From Octopus sinensis (lineage: Eukaryota), in the NCBI RefSeq assembly GCF_006345805.1, contig NC_043012.1, positions 57,412,001 to 57,476,000 on the forward strand: a stretch of 64,000 nucleotides of DNA, read 5' to 3'. The first letter of the stretch is position 1. Every line of letters starts with the position of its first letter. The translations under genes and the position numbers were made by a program. Under the pieces are notes generated by a model. It was given only the letters and a program-made list of their open reading frames with translations. It did not search any database and was not told the DNA's origin. Below are positions 12,290-25,500 of the stretch, in pieces.

Positions 12290-12660
12290 ATGGTTCCAGG
12301 TTCAGTCCCACTGCGTGGCACCTCAGGCAGGTGTCTTCTACTATAGCCTCAGACTGACCAAATCTTTGTGGGTGGATTTGGCAGATAGAAACTGAAAGAA
12401 GCCTTTCATATATTATATATATATATTTATGTGTGTGTCTTTGTGTCTGTGTTTGTTCCCCCACCATCACTTGACAACCGATGTTGGTGTGTTTATGTCC
12501 CCGTGACTTAGAAATTTGGTGAAAGAGACTGATAGAATAAATACTAGTTTCACAAAGAATAAGTCCTGGGGGTCAATTTCTTCAACTAAAAAAAAAACCC
12601 TTTAAGGTGGTGCTCCAGTATGGCCACAGTCAAATGACTGAAACATGTGAAAAATAAAAA
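12290..12660 (+). mobile_element. SINE family A (head clipped)
   Basis: GGTTCAGTCCCACTGCGTGGCACC through the tail. Confidence 0.85.
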
Positions 12661-13609
12661 AATAAATAAAAGTAACAAAACAGTAATTTATACTTCATCA
12701 AAAATATAATTGTGAAAGAGCTAAGTTAAAAAAAAACCCAAAAGAATCTAAAAAATTTAAATAAAAATAAAAATAGACACAGTGGATATCCCGAAATGAA
12801 CTATGCATGATAAAGACAGGATGGTCAAGGATGGAATGCCTTTGACTATATAGGTCAGCTTGGCTAAGGCTGGTGTAGAAGGAAACAAATAACAACAACA
12901 AAAAAGGGAGTTTGTTGAAGGGAGATATGGCAGCTACAATTGTGTTGTGTGGAATAGGTTGGGCAACAAGCATAGAAGATAAGTTGTTAATTTGTTGTTT
13001 CCTATCAAATGTGAAATTCAAAGGTGGGTGTACATTCCTTATTCAGTGGCTGACAGAAGATAACACATACACACACACACATAATATACATACATGCGAG
13101 TACAAACATACACATGTATATATATATGCAGGCACACAGCTACACAGCTATATACATACGTACATACATACAATATATATATATATATGTATGTATGTAT
13201 GTATATGCATGTACACAAACATGCATATAAATACACATTCATATAAACATATACATGCATATATATAGATGTGCAAACACATATAAACACACCCACATAT
13301 ATGTGTCTATATACACACACACTATCACAGACATACATACATACATACAAATACATGTATACATATATACATACATATATATATATCCGCATATACACAT
13401 ATGCACACTGGCATTTACACATACTAAAATACACATACAAATGCGCGTGTGCATGCACACGCGCACACACACATACCACATACTTAGGATGATGTCAACA
13501 GAAGACAACATACCAGTCAATACTAATTCAACAAATAGTTTTAGCTACTTACATTTTCTAAGTTCACCAATCCAATCTTTCTTCCGTTTTTTTTTTTTTT
13601 TTTACTCAC

Positions 13610-13669
13610 TAGAACCGTATGATTGAGTTCTTCAATGCCAAAGGAATTTGCGTGGTTTGAACACGTAAT
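13610..13669 (-). CDS. candidate 60-bp exon, product unknown
   Basis: AG at 13670-13671 and GTGAGT donor at 13604-13609 on the minus strand; open frame LRVQTTQIPLALKNSIIRF is in phase with the 13847-14047 candidate. Confidence 0.2.
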
Positions 13670-13698
13670 CTACCACGCAGACACAAACACACATGTAG

Positions 13699-13757
<59 letters not shown>

Positions 13758-13846
13758 CAAAATCCAATCCGAATTACCAGCTATAAATTATAATTAAATA
13801 TCGTTTGTTTTAAGTACTTTTCTTTTTTAATTTAATTAGTGCTTAC

Positions 13847-14047
13847 TCAGAACAGCAGTGTCCTTGATGAAATATTTTTTTTAGCTCCTTTGTGTGACTT
13901 TTGGAGAGTAAGGAAAAAGTTATCCCCAAATTGAAGATCTGGTCCGAGTATTTGCAACAGAAACAGAATGGCCCCTTCTTTGAGAGGCACTCAAAGGACT
14001 GAGTGAAGTGGTGGTGTTTAACTGGACAATGGCTTAAGCTTTCCACT
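13847..14047 (-). CDS. candidate 201-bp exon, product unknown
   Basis: Minus-strand acceptor ATTTCTCATTTTGAGCAG| and donor |GTAAGC; only one frame is open (VESLSHCPVKHHHFTQSFECLSKKGPFCFCCKYSDQIFNLG...); length divisible by 3. Confidence 0.25.
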
Positions 14048-14379
14048 CTGCTCAAAATGAGAAATGGCTTGTCCAACAGATTTCTTCCCGAGTCTCCATG
14101 TACCAAATTTCCGTCAGGAAGACAGGAACCTTGGGTCGGCCCAAGACTACGGATTAGAAGATGCTTGTTGTGCAGCGGGATTGAACTTAAAACTAGGTAG
14201 TCGTGAAGCGGATATCTTAATCTGTCATATCGGATGGACGCCCTGTACTCCTTGTTAGATATAACACCACACAACTGGTCTGTTTGAGCAGCTTCTAAAA
14301 GATCTCTTTACTCATTCAGTGTAGGAAACGAAATGTCTTTTGAAAAACCACACAATTGTTAAAATAAAATCCACTCACC

Positions 14380-15390
14380 TACACACCTCCCATTTCCTGC
14401 TTTCTAGATCCACATACTTGCACACCCTCTCCTTTTCCTCCTCCCCCTCCTCTTCTTCTCTCTCTCTCTGCTACCTCTCTTTCTCTCACTCCATCTCTTT
14501 TTACCTCTACCTGTTTCTCTCTCTCTTTTTCTCTCTTCCTCTCTCTCTCTCTCATTCTTTTCTCATTCTCCAAGCACACATCTTCTTACTCCCTCCCTCT
14601 CTCTCTCTCTCTCTTCCCCTCTGTCATAAGCATACACTCACCCACTCTCTTTCACACCCCTTCCTTCTTTCTCCCTCCATACGTTTCCTTTTTCTCTATT
14701 TCTCTCTCAAATATAAATACTCCTTCTGCTTCTCTGTCTATTCCTCCTTCTCTTTCACTCACTCTTTCCTCTCTGTCTTTCCTCTCTGTCTTTCTCTCTC
14801 TCTCTTTCTTACACACACACACACAAACGAGCATTCTCTCTCTCCCTCGCTCTCTTCATCTGTCTTTCTTTCTACATTCTCTGTTTTACTCTCAATCACT
14901 CACACTTTCTCTCTTTGTTTCTCTTTCTATTTCTCCTCCTCTCTTTTTTCTCACTCTTTTTGCCTCTCTGCCTTTCCTATAAACATGCACATACTCTCTC
15001 TCTCTATATATATGTGCCTATCTCCATCTTTCCCACACACACTCTCTCTCTCTTTCTTTCACACACACACACACTCTTTCACACACCCACACATTCTCTC
15101 TTTCTCTCTCTTGCACACACACACTCATGCATTTCTCTCTCTCTCTCTCTCTCACTTTGACTCATTTTGCCTCCCTCTCTCTCTCTTTGACTCATTTGCC
15201 TCCCTCTCTCTCTCTTTCCTATCTCTCTCTCTCACACACACACACTTTCTCTGTCTCTTTCTTGTCATCTCCCCCCTCTTTCTCACACACACACACACTT
15301 TCTCTGTCTCTCTCTTGCCATCTCTCCCCTTCTCTCTCTCTCAGCTAGTCTCTGTCTTTCTCACACACACACATCAAAGATTCTCTCTTA
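14380..15390. repeat. ~1-kb polypyrimidine (CT)n/(CA)n low-complexity tract
   Basis: Direct; source of the spurious 388-aa ORF. Confidence 0.9.
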
Positions 15391-15479
15391 CAATACAACA
15401 TAATGTGCTCAACAAACATCAGTGGGCTATGAACAGAGAGCTGATACGATTGCTCCTAAATAAATATTTGGTTTACATT

Positions 15480-15900
15480 CAAGTTACTGCTGTTCTTGTT
15501 GCTTAGCTCAGGCTTCGCTCGATTCAAGTGGTTATGAGGAAAGACATTCCAGATGTGACCATCCTACCAATTTCTTTATTTCAGGCATATTTTATTTAGA
15601 ACAAAAGCTGGCTTTATATTCTTTCTTCCTTTCAGAAAATGTTAGTATGTGGTTTCATAGAGACTTGGCTGCTATTTCTAGCAAATGATTATGGCGAGGC
15701 TTCATTAGTTCTTGTTCAATTTGGTCATTCATTTCGATGCTGTACATCTCTCAGAAGCCATACATAGTGACCATGCCACTCGACAACAACAACAACAGCA
15801 GTGGTACTCAAGGGACACTTGACCTACAAGAAATAGCAGCCAAATCTCCATCAAATCATGTCCTTTGGTCTTTAATATAAAAAATAGCAGTGAATCTCAT
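15480..15900. repeat. two convergent TR repeat fragments
   Basis: Plus-strand unit at 15480-15690 (GTGACCATCC...GGCTGCTATTTCTAGC) and minus-strand piece at 15780-15900 (GAAATAGCAGCCAAATCTCC). Confidence 0.55.
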
Positions 15901-15919
15901 TACACTGTGTCTTATTTTC

Positions 15920-16290
15920 TTGTTTCTTCTTTTAATTTATTTCAGTCAGTGGACTGTGGCCATACTGGGGCACCACCTTGAAGGGCTTAGTTGAAAAATT
16001 CCACTCCAATAATTATTTTTCAGGGTCTGGTGCTTGCTCTATCACTCTCCTTTCGCAGATCTGCTAAGTTACAGGGACATAAACAAACTAACACACACAC
16101 ATACATACACACACATACACATGCACATGCACACATATATACAGACACACATAGACAATGGGTTTCCTCAGTTTCCGTCAACCAAATTCTCTCACAAGGC
16201 ATTGGATCAGCCTGGAGCTATAGTAAAAGACATTTGCCCAAGGTGCCATGCAATGGAACTGAACCTGAAACCATCTGGTTGCAAACCTAA
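15920..16290 (-). mobile_element. older SINE family A
   Basis: GTGGCCATACTGGGGCACC tail through GGAACTGAACCTGAAACC head. Confidence 0.8.
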
Positions 16291-16369
16291 AAGGAAGGAT
16301 GGTCAAAGCTGGAATGTATGTTGCTTGATTAGCGCTGACTTGGCACCAAACAATGACATCAATAATACT

Positions 16370-16790
16370 TTCTATTAAAAGCACAAGACCTGAAATTTTA
16401 GGGGCTGGGACCTAGTTGATTACATCGACCCCAGTGTTTTGCTGACACCTAGTTTATCAACCCTGAAAGGATGAAAAGCGAAGGTGACCTCAGCAGAATT
16501 TGAACTCAGAATGTAAGGATGGATGAAACACCACTAAGAATGTTGCCAGGTGTGCTAATAACGATTTCAAATTTTGCCACAAAGGCAGCTTGCGGGAGGG
16601 GATTAAGTCAATTACATCAACACCAGTGCATAACTGGGACTTATTTAATTGGCCCCGAAAGGAGGAAAGGCAAAGTCGACTTCAGCGGAATTTGAACTCA
16701 GAACACAAAGACGGACGAAATACCATTAAGCATTTTGCCCGAATGCTAACAATTCTGCCAACTCGCCGCCTTCAGGTTTGCAAATAACAA
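16370..16790 (-). mobile_element. two tandem SINE family B copies
   Basis: Two GAATTTGAACTCAGAA B-box complements at ~16497 and ~16690. Confidence 0.85.
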
Positions 16791-16829
16791 CAGCAATAAT
16801 AAAAAGAAATAACAATGGTGCAAATAAGG

Positions 16830-17700
16830 GAACCCCTATGTGGTTGCTAGTCCTGCTAGAAATAGGTGCCAAATTCTCCTGAATCATACAATACAAACTT
16901 AGAAAGGGAAGGACACTTTGTAAAATGTAGCTGCTTGGTTAACATAGCATCTTGAAAATGGGATGGATGGAGTGCTGTTAATCACAAGTTTGCTCATTCA
17001 AGTCTGACCCTGGGTTAAACAACAAGCCAGTGAGGGAGCCTTTATTTAGTTAACAAATATGCTAGAAAAAGCAGTTAAAAATATCACATTTTATCGTTTT
17101 AGAAAAGAACACATTAGATAATGTGGTTTTGGGTTCCCTGCACATAGTAAAGAAGGGATGGCCATGGTTGGGATGCTTTTGATCATAGTTTTGCTCAGTC
17201 AAAGCTGGCATGGGCTAAACAAGAACAGCAGCAACAGACCAATGAGGAGAACCTCTCTATGAGGTTACTTGACTTGCTACAGACAACAGTCCAAGTCTCT
17301 CACATTGTCACCCACACACACACACACGCATTTGCAAAATTGTGGTCATGGGTTTCTTAGATACAGAAAAAAGAGGGGTTGGTCATGGCTGGAAAGCCTT
17401 TGATCATAAGTCTATTCAATCACAGCTGACCAAGGCTACACAACAACAACAACAACAGCAACAATAACTACAATAGCAGTAAGTGAACAAGAGAGCCTTA
17501 ATGTAATCAATCAACATGCTAGAAATAGCAGCTAAAAACCACCTCAAATTCAACCTGCTCCTCCTCTTCCCTCCTTAGGTAAATAAAAGAACACATATAT
17601 TGTCCCTTTCAGTTACCTTGAAAAATAGTGAAAAATAAAAGAAGAAAAAGAAGGGAAAAACAGGTGAAAGGCTCTCCGTGACCTGGGCTAAAACAACAAT
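16830..17700 (-). repeat. degenerate TR array (~4 units)
   Basis: TGCTAGAAATAGCAGC and GGGATGGTCATGGCTGG modules repeated at ~200-250-bp spacing. Confidence 0.65.
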
Positions 17701-17709
17701 GAGAATAAC

Positions 17710-17862
17710 TTCAGGTGTGGCTGTGTGGTAAGAAGCTTGCTTCCCAATCTCATGATTCTGGGTTCAGCCCCACTGTGTGGCACCTTAGACAGGTATATAC
17801 TACAATAGCCACCAAAGCCTTGTGAGTGGATTTCGTAGACAAAAAACTGAAAGAAGTCCATC

Positions 17863-17897
<35 letters not shown>

Positions 17898-18200
17898 TGT
17901 ATGTATGTATGTATGTATGTATGTATATGTATATGTGTGTGTGTGAGTGTGTTTGTCTGTGTCTCTGTGTTTGCATCCCCATCACCAATTGACAACCCGT
18001 GTTGGTGCTTTTACATCCTCGTAGCTTAGCGGTTCAGCAAAAAGGACCAATTGAATAAGTGCTAGGCTTAAAAAAAAAAAAAATAATAATAATAATAATA
18101 ACAAATAAAGTCCTTTGTGTCGATTTGTTTGACTAAAAACCCTTCAAGGCCAGTGCTCCAGCATGGCCGTAGTCACATGACTGAAACAAGTAAGAGAGGA
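17710..18200 (+). mobile_element. SINE family A, full length
   Basis: GTGGCTGTGTGGTAAGAAGC head, internal (TGTA)n, tail. Confidence 0.9.
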
Positions 18201-18589
18201 AAAGAACAAAAGAACAAGAACTGTGTTTTGGAATTCTTGCAGAGAAGAAGCCAAGATGTTCAATCTTTGAGCAATAATATTTGAATTACAGTGTTTGCCT
18301 TTCCAATATGAATTATTACAAAGTGTAGCAGAATGTATTGATTGGTACATTAACTTCATATCTTTTCTGCTGTTGCTATTACGTTCTTCTGAGATGGAAG
18401 CTAACGGTTAAATCAATGTGGTACTATGCGCTCCGCCGTCTGCCCTCAGCCCCAGCCATCCGACCACGACTGACACCAACACACACAAACATATACATTA
18501 CAACTAAGACATTCACAAGCCACTATAGATAAGAACACTCACACACATGCACATATACATATGAATATATACATACACAAATACATGTC

Positions 18590-18683
18590 TATCTATCTAT
18601 CTATCATTCTCTATCACCTCTATAGAGGTGCACATATACACAGAAATATAAACATACATATATGCATTGTAGTAAGACATTTA

Positions 18684-18717
<34 letters not shown>

Positions 18718-18860
18718 GTCTATCTATCTGTCTATCTATCTATCTATCTATCAATCTATCTATCTATCAATGTCTATCTATCAATCTATCTATCAATGTC
18801 TATCTATCAATCTATCTATCTATCAATCAATATATCTATCTATCTAATTATCAATACCTG

Positions 18861-18922
<62 letters not shown>

Positions 18923-18950
18923 AATATCTGTCTATCTATCTATTTCCTCC
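18590..18950. repeat. (TATC)n microsatellite
   Basis: Direct. Confidence 0.95.
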
Positions 18951-19016
18951 ATATATGTGTGTGCACATATATACGTATACATATAAAATATCTATGTAAA
19001 TATATATAAACACATG

Positions 19017-19048
<32 letters not shown>

Positions 19049-19199
19049 ATACACATCCACATACACACACATACATATATAAATATAATACACATACACT
19101 TTAAACAAATAAAAGAAACAAGAATAACATACAGCCATACCATACTAAGAAATCCAATCATGGCTATAAAGAAAATGAAGCTTGCACGGAGACTGAGGT

Positions 19200-19580
19200 T
19201 AACAAATTGTTTGTCATACATTCATATACGTGTATTGTCAATGCACCAGTTTCACTAACAAATATTTATCATACATTATATCTATGCATTATCAAAGTTC
19301 TACTTTCACTAACAAAAGTTTATTATACATTAATATACATGTATTATCAAGGCGTACTTTCATTGCTGAATGTTTATCAAACATTTATATACATATCTTT
19401 TTCTGATGTACATTGAGTGACATTTCTGAAACATTATATTATATATATATGAATTATGAATGACCAATATTTCCATACATTGTATGTATATATATATATG
19501 TATGTATTATCAACACAGTACTTTCACTGACATTATATACAAATATCATCTATATGTAGCTTCACTACCAAGTATTTATG

Positions 19581-19620
<40 letters not shown>

Positions 19621-19861
19621 TAATATTGATAATAATGATAATAATAATCTTTTCTGCTATAGGCACAAGGTCTGAAATTTCAAGGGAAGGGATAAGTCAA
19701 CTAAATCAACCCCAGTGCTTGACTAGTACTTATTTTATTGAGGATATAAGGCATAATCTACCCTGGCAGAATTTGAACTCAGAATGTAAGACACACGAAA
19801 TACTGCTAAGCATTTTACCCAGTGTGCTAAATATATATGTACATATACATATATATACATA

Positions 19862-19952
<91 letters not shown>

Positions 19953-21110
19953 TGCTGGTGTAGCTCAGTGGTAAGAAGTTTGCTTCCCAACCATACAGCT
20001 CTGGGTTCAGTCCCACTGCATGATTCCTTGGGTAAGTGTCTTCTACTAAAGCCTTGAACCAACAAAAGCTTTGTGAATGGATCTGATAGGCAGAAACTGA
20101 AAGAAGCCCATCATACGTGTGTGTGTGTGTATTTGTCCTCCACGGTTGCTTGACAAGTGAAGTTGGCTTGTATACGCCGCTGTAACTTAGCGGTTCAACA
20201 AAAGAGACTGATAGAATAAGTGTCAGGATTAAAAACAAAAGAGTACTGGTGTTCAACTAAAACCCTTCAAGGGAGTGCCCCAGCATGACCGCAGTCTAAG
20301 ACTGAAACCAGTAAAGGAATAAAGAAATATATGCATATACCTTAACAACAATGTAATTTCACTAACAAATGTTTATCATACAGATATATATCTATTATCA
20401 ACATAGTGAACTGTTTAACATTTATAAATATATATGTATTATCAATATGTAGATTGACTGACAAATATTTCTCACACTTTGTATACATCAAACTAGTTTC
20501 ACTAACCAACAGTTAGCAAACATCAGAAATATATAATGTCAACATAGAAATTTCACTGACAAATGCTTATCAAACATTTATGTACTGTATTACCAACAAG
20601 TTTTTATCATACATTTATATACATGTATTATCAACACAGTAGTTTCACTGACAAATATATCTTGTACATTGTATATACACATTATCAACACTGCAGTTTC
20701 ACTGCGAAATGTTCATTATACATTTATATTTTGTATTATCAACATGTAGTGCTACTAACAAACCTTTATCATACATTTATATACATGTATTGCCATCACA
20801 GAAATTTCACCGACAAATGTTTATCAAACATCTATTGTACTGTATTATCAATATACAATTTCACCAACGAATTTTTATCATACATTTATATACATGTATT
20901 ATCAACACAATAATTTCACAGACAAATATATCTCATACTTTATATACACATATCAACACTAGTTTCACTGCAAATGTTTATCATACATTTACAAATAGGT
21001 ATTTTCAACACAGAAATTTCACTGAAAAATGTTTATCATGCTTTGATATATATATATGTATTGGCAACAAAGTAGTTTTACTGATTAAAAGTGCTAAAAA
21101 CCTTATCAAT
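19200..21110 (+). repeat. 54-55-bp minisatellite split by SINE B (19655-19830, minus) and SINE A (19950-20320, plus)
   Basis: Unit TTTCACTGACAAATGTTTATCATACATTTATATACATGTATTATCAACACAGTAG; starts at 20805, 20859 and 20914. Confidence 0.8.
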
Positions 21111-21459
21111 TTGAAACATTTTCAGTTTAATTATCAACTGACTTGTTAAGTCACAGATCAATCCTCCCTGATCAGGTAGATAGATATAGGATGATGAAGG
21201 ATGCTCCAGCAATGAACATCCTGTATTTATGAATATCTTGGATTACATTATTGTATGTTCTTCCCTTTTTCAAAAAAATTTTTGGCCGTGATTCATCAGA
21301 ATTTTGGTGTTGTTCTTAATAGGTTGAACAATGACGTGCCAGCCCATCACACCTATATATCCTGTTGAGAAGTGTTCCATATTTCTCTCCTTCTTTCTCA
21401 TACAGGCATGTGTGTGTGTGTGTGTGTGTGTGTGGGTGTGTGAGTGTGTGTGCATCTTT

Positions 21460-21820
21460 TTTTTCGCTCTGTTCAGTCATTAGACTGTGGCCTTGCTGCA
21501 GCACTGCCTTGAAGAAGTTTTAAAAAAATGAATCAAAACCACTACTTATATATTTTCTTTAAAGCCTGATATTAATTCTGTCAATCTCTTGCCAAACTGC
21601 TAAGTTACAAGGATGTAAACACACCAAAACCAGTTGTCAAGTGGTGGTGGGACACACACACGATAGGCTGCTTTCAGTTTCCGTCTACCAAATCTACCCA
21701 CAAAGCTTTGGTCAGCCCAAGATTACAGTAGAAGAGACATGCTTAAAGTGTCATGCAGTGGAGTTGAACCCAGAACCATGTTGTTGGGAAGCAAACCTTT
21801 TACCACATGACCATACCTAT
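21460..21820 (-). mobile_element. older SINE family A
   Basis: Tail and head modules recognisable. Confidence 0.8.
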
Positions 21821-21837
21821 ATATATATATATATATT

Positions 21838-22035
21838 GGTGGACGCACGCAGCTGTCGAGTGGTACCCGCGTGAGCGGAAAAGACCACCCGGAAGACCTC
21901 CACGACAGTGGAGTGACGATTTCAAGAGGACGATTGGGATCATGTGGATGAGAAAGGCGTGATCCAGAGAGGAGTGGACAGCGTGCTGTGACCAGCGGTG
22001 TCAAATGGACGCCTGACGGACTGGTTGGTCAAAGT
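21838..22035 (+). mobile_element. RTE-1-type LINE, 3' end
   Basis: Translates WTHAAVEWYPRERKRPPGRPPRQWSDDFKRTIGIMWMRKA*SREEW (RTE WxPRxxKRxxGRP..W motif); (GTCAAAGTGAT)-like tail; inserted in (TA)n. Confidence 0.85.
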
Positions 22036-22059
22036 GATCAAAGTGATATATATATATAT

Positions 22060-22270
22060 ATATATGTAGTTAATCCAAACATGAAAACACAAAGAGAAAA
22101 CACAACAATGCGAAGACATGGACACTCAGGAAAGGAAAGAAAGAAGGAGGATTTAAGGTTTCGAGCAGAGCTCTTCGTCAGAAACATAGAAAAAGGAAAG
22201 GTCCAAGGAAGGGAAGACGGAGAAAGAAAATTGCCAACGATACACACACGATCACAATGAATACACACAT
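22060..22270 (-). mobile_element. Penelope-like pLTR remnant with hammerhead core
   Basis: Minus strand GTTT CTGACGA A GAGC TCT GCTC GAAAC CTT AAAT (22185-22151). Confidence 0.65.
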
Positions 22271-22458
22271 GTAAATGCACACACAGATATAAATAGATAG
22301 ATAGATAGATAGAAAGATAGATAGATTGATAGAGATAGATAAATAGATAGATAAATAGATAGATAGAGATAGATAGCTAGATAGATAGACAGACAGACTG
22401 ATAGATAGATAGATAAATAGATAGATAGATAGGTAGATAGATAGATAGATAGATAGAC

Positions 22459-22494
<36 letters not shown>

Positions 22495-22983
22495 AGATAG
22501 ATAGATAGATAGATGTCCTCAGACACACACACACACATGTTTTTGTGTAATTGTTAAGTGCCATGCTCAAAACTCTTGGTCCTTGTATCACTTTTGTTGC
22601 TCTCAGCTGATTAAAAATACAAGTATATATATATATACTCATATATTCAGATCTAATTCTCTTGTTCGTCCTACCAAACCTAAACACAAACACACATTAT
22701 TACACACACATATATATATATATATATATATTGCATTTTAAAAGGGGCATATGTGTTCATTTGTTTACTTTCCTTTCTTTGTGGAAAACTATAAGGGTAC
22801 TTGATAGTCACTTGTGGTGGCCGTATGAAGTGTATACAGTGTGTGTTCATGTGTATGTATGTATGTGTATAAGTATGATGTATATAAATGTGATGTATGT
22901 GCATATAAGTGTTGCAGTGAGGTTTAGACAGTAGGAGAACAGTCATACTGAGTTGACAGCAATTATGAATGCGTGCGGATGTG

Positions 22984-23019
<36 letters not shown>

Positions 23020-23148
23020 GAAAACAATACAGATTCAAATAGACGTGTATAAGTGTGTATACATATATATGTATGTGTGTGTATGTGAATGTGTACATAT
23101 AATACATATAAATATACATCTGTGCATATAATACAAAAACATGCATAG

Positions 23149-23191
<43 letters not shown>

Positions 23192-23474
23192 TATATGGGA
23201 GTGTGTACACAGCAAATGCATTAAAACGTATGCATACATGCATATAACTACACATATACATATATGTGTGTGATGCATTCTTTTATTCTTTTACAAGTCT
23301 CAGCCGTAAGGCTGTGGCCATGCTGGGGCACCACCAGTGAAAATTAATGAGGTATATATACATATATTGCATAAATGCACATATACATATATTCACATAG
23401 ATATATATACACAGACATACACAAAAATGTACTTGCATTTATGCATGTATGTGTGTGTGCCTCTCTGTGTGTGT

Positions 23475-23533
<59 letters not shown>

Positions 23534-23844
23534 ATATATTTATATATATATATGTATGTATGTATGTATGTCAGGACATCTATCTATCTATCTATCTATC
23601 AATGTATCTATCTTTCTATATCAATGTGTAAGTATACACGTTTGTACACACACATATAGAGGCATAAATACATGCACAAACATACACATGAATGTTCATA
23701 CATGTACATGCACAATGGCAGCTAGACACATCTATGGATGCACCCAATCACACATATATAAAAAAACCTACATACCTGCTTGTCTTCCTATATATACATA
23801 TACGCATGCCCTTACATATACATACACATATATAATCTTTAATA

Positions 23845-24510
23845 CTATAGGCACAAGGCTTGAAATTTTAGAGAAAGGGGCTAGTTGATTATATCAGTGC
23901 CAGTGCTCAACTGGTACTTATTTCATTGACCCTTAAAGGAAGAAAGGCAAAGTTGACCTTGGTGGAATTTGAACTCAGAGTTTAACAACGGACGAAATGC
24001 CAGTGAGCATTTTGTTTGGCATACAAATGATTCTTATTTCTTTATTGCCCACAAGGGGCTAAACATAGAGAAGACAAACAAAGACAGACAAAGGGATTAA
24101 GTCGATTATATCGGCCCCAGTAAGTAACTGGTACTTAATTTATCTTTCCCCAAAAGGATGAAAGGCAAAGTTGACCTCAGCAGAATTTGAACTTAGGACG
24201 TAAAGACAGACGAAATACCGCTAAGCATTTTGCATGGCGTGCTCACGATTCTGCCAACTCGCCGCCTTCTTGCCTTGGCATGCAAATGATTCTGCCAGCT
24301 CGCTGCCTTATACACGTGTAAAATGGTTTCAAATTCTGACACAAGGCCAGCACTTTCGGGGGGAAGGGGGCAAATCGATTACATCGACCCCAGTGATCAA
24401 CTGGTACTTATTTTATTAACCCTGAAAGAATGAAAAACAAAGTTGAACTTGGCTGAATCTGAACTCAGAACTCTGACAGACAAAATGCCACTAAGCATTT
24501 TACCTTGGTT
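23845..24510 (-). mobile_element. three tandem SINE family B copies
   Basis: Three AAAGGCAAAGTTGACC / GAACTCAG modules. Confidence 0.85.
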
Positions 24511-24780
24511 GCTTACACGCATATAATAAAGGCAATAAGTCACCATCTGCATTCTGTCTTTTATTCTTTCATATGTTTCAGGTGAAAGTATATGGCCATG
24601 CTGGAGCACCGCCAGTGTAATTCTCGGACATTTTTCGATAAAATCTCTCAGGATTTGGAGACACAATATTTAGAAACCAACCAAGAAACAGCTAACAGAA
24701 TTGGTAAAAAGAACAGAGAGCAGAACAAGATAATTTAGAGCATTTAACCCAAGTGCCTCGCATATTTCAGGGTTCAAATT

Positions 24781-25002
24781 CCTCAAGACTGAGGTATTGT
24801 TTTCAATCGTGTTTGTTTGTTTGACAAGATATCTCAAAAACTGCTGGATGGATTTGGATGAAACTTCCAGGGACGTTTGACCTTGTGACTAGCACAAACT
24901 GATTAAATCTGGTATCGGACAAGGGTTCTGGATCATTTTTCCAGTTTTTTTTACTTAAGTTTTGAGAGTGGTCAGGTTCATTTTCATCATTCTCGTTTGT
25001 AT
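24781..25002 (+). mobile_element. truncated second copy of the Helentron-like element
   Basis: GAGGTATTGTTTTCA...GACAAGATATCTCAA...GGATGAAACTT shared with 2361-2708. Confidence 0.6.
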
Positions 25003-25138
25003 CTTTTACACTAGCCCGAGGCTATAGTAAAAGACACTTAGCTAAGGCGACAAGCAGTGGAAGTGAACCTGGAACCATGTGGTTGGGAAGCAAGCTTCTT
25101 ACCACACACCCACGTGCATATATATAAATATAAATATA

Positions 25139-25196
<58 letters not shown>

Positions 25197-25197
25197 T

Positions 25198-25500
25198 AAA
25201 ATCGCTGAAAATCTTCAAATTCCTCTTGCTACTATTAATACAATTATAGTGCAATTTAAAAGCCAAGGAAAAGAATCAACAGATTTTCCTCCAGCTGACC
25301 TGGGCCCTTGGAAAGGAAGCTTTGCTGTTTGAAGAGAATTGTGGAAAACGAACCCTGTCTGAAGGATTCTGACATTGCAAAACAGCTAGAAGTTAGTCCA
25401 AGAATGTGTGTTGCATATCTGCATAAGCTTGGGTATTATGGATGAGCAGCTACAAGGAAACCTCTCCGTCAACCAATTAATATCAAATAAAAGATTTGGA
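25198..25500 (+). pseudogene. Tc1 transposase N-terminal (HTH) fragment
   Basis: KIAENLQIPLATINTIIVQFKSQGKE...LKRIVENEPCLKDSDIAKQLEVSPR...LHKLGYYG*AATRKPL, i.e. the Tc1 GYxGRxARRKP pattern, with frameshifts. Confidence 0.8.

Noticed and set aside
14340-15506. 388-aa ORF
   Set aside because: Translation of a CT/CA tract that lacks stop codons by composition
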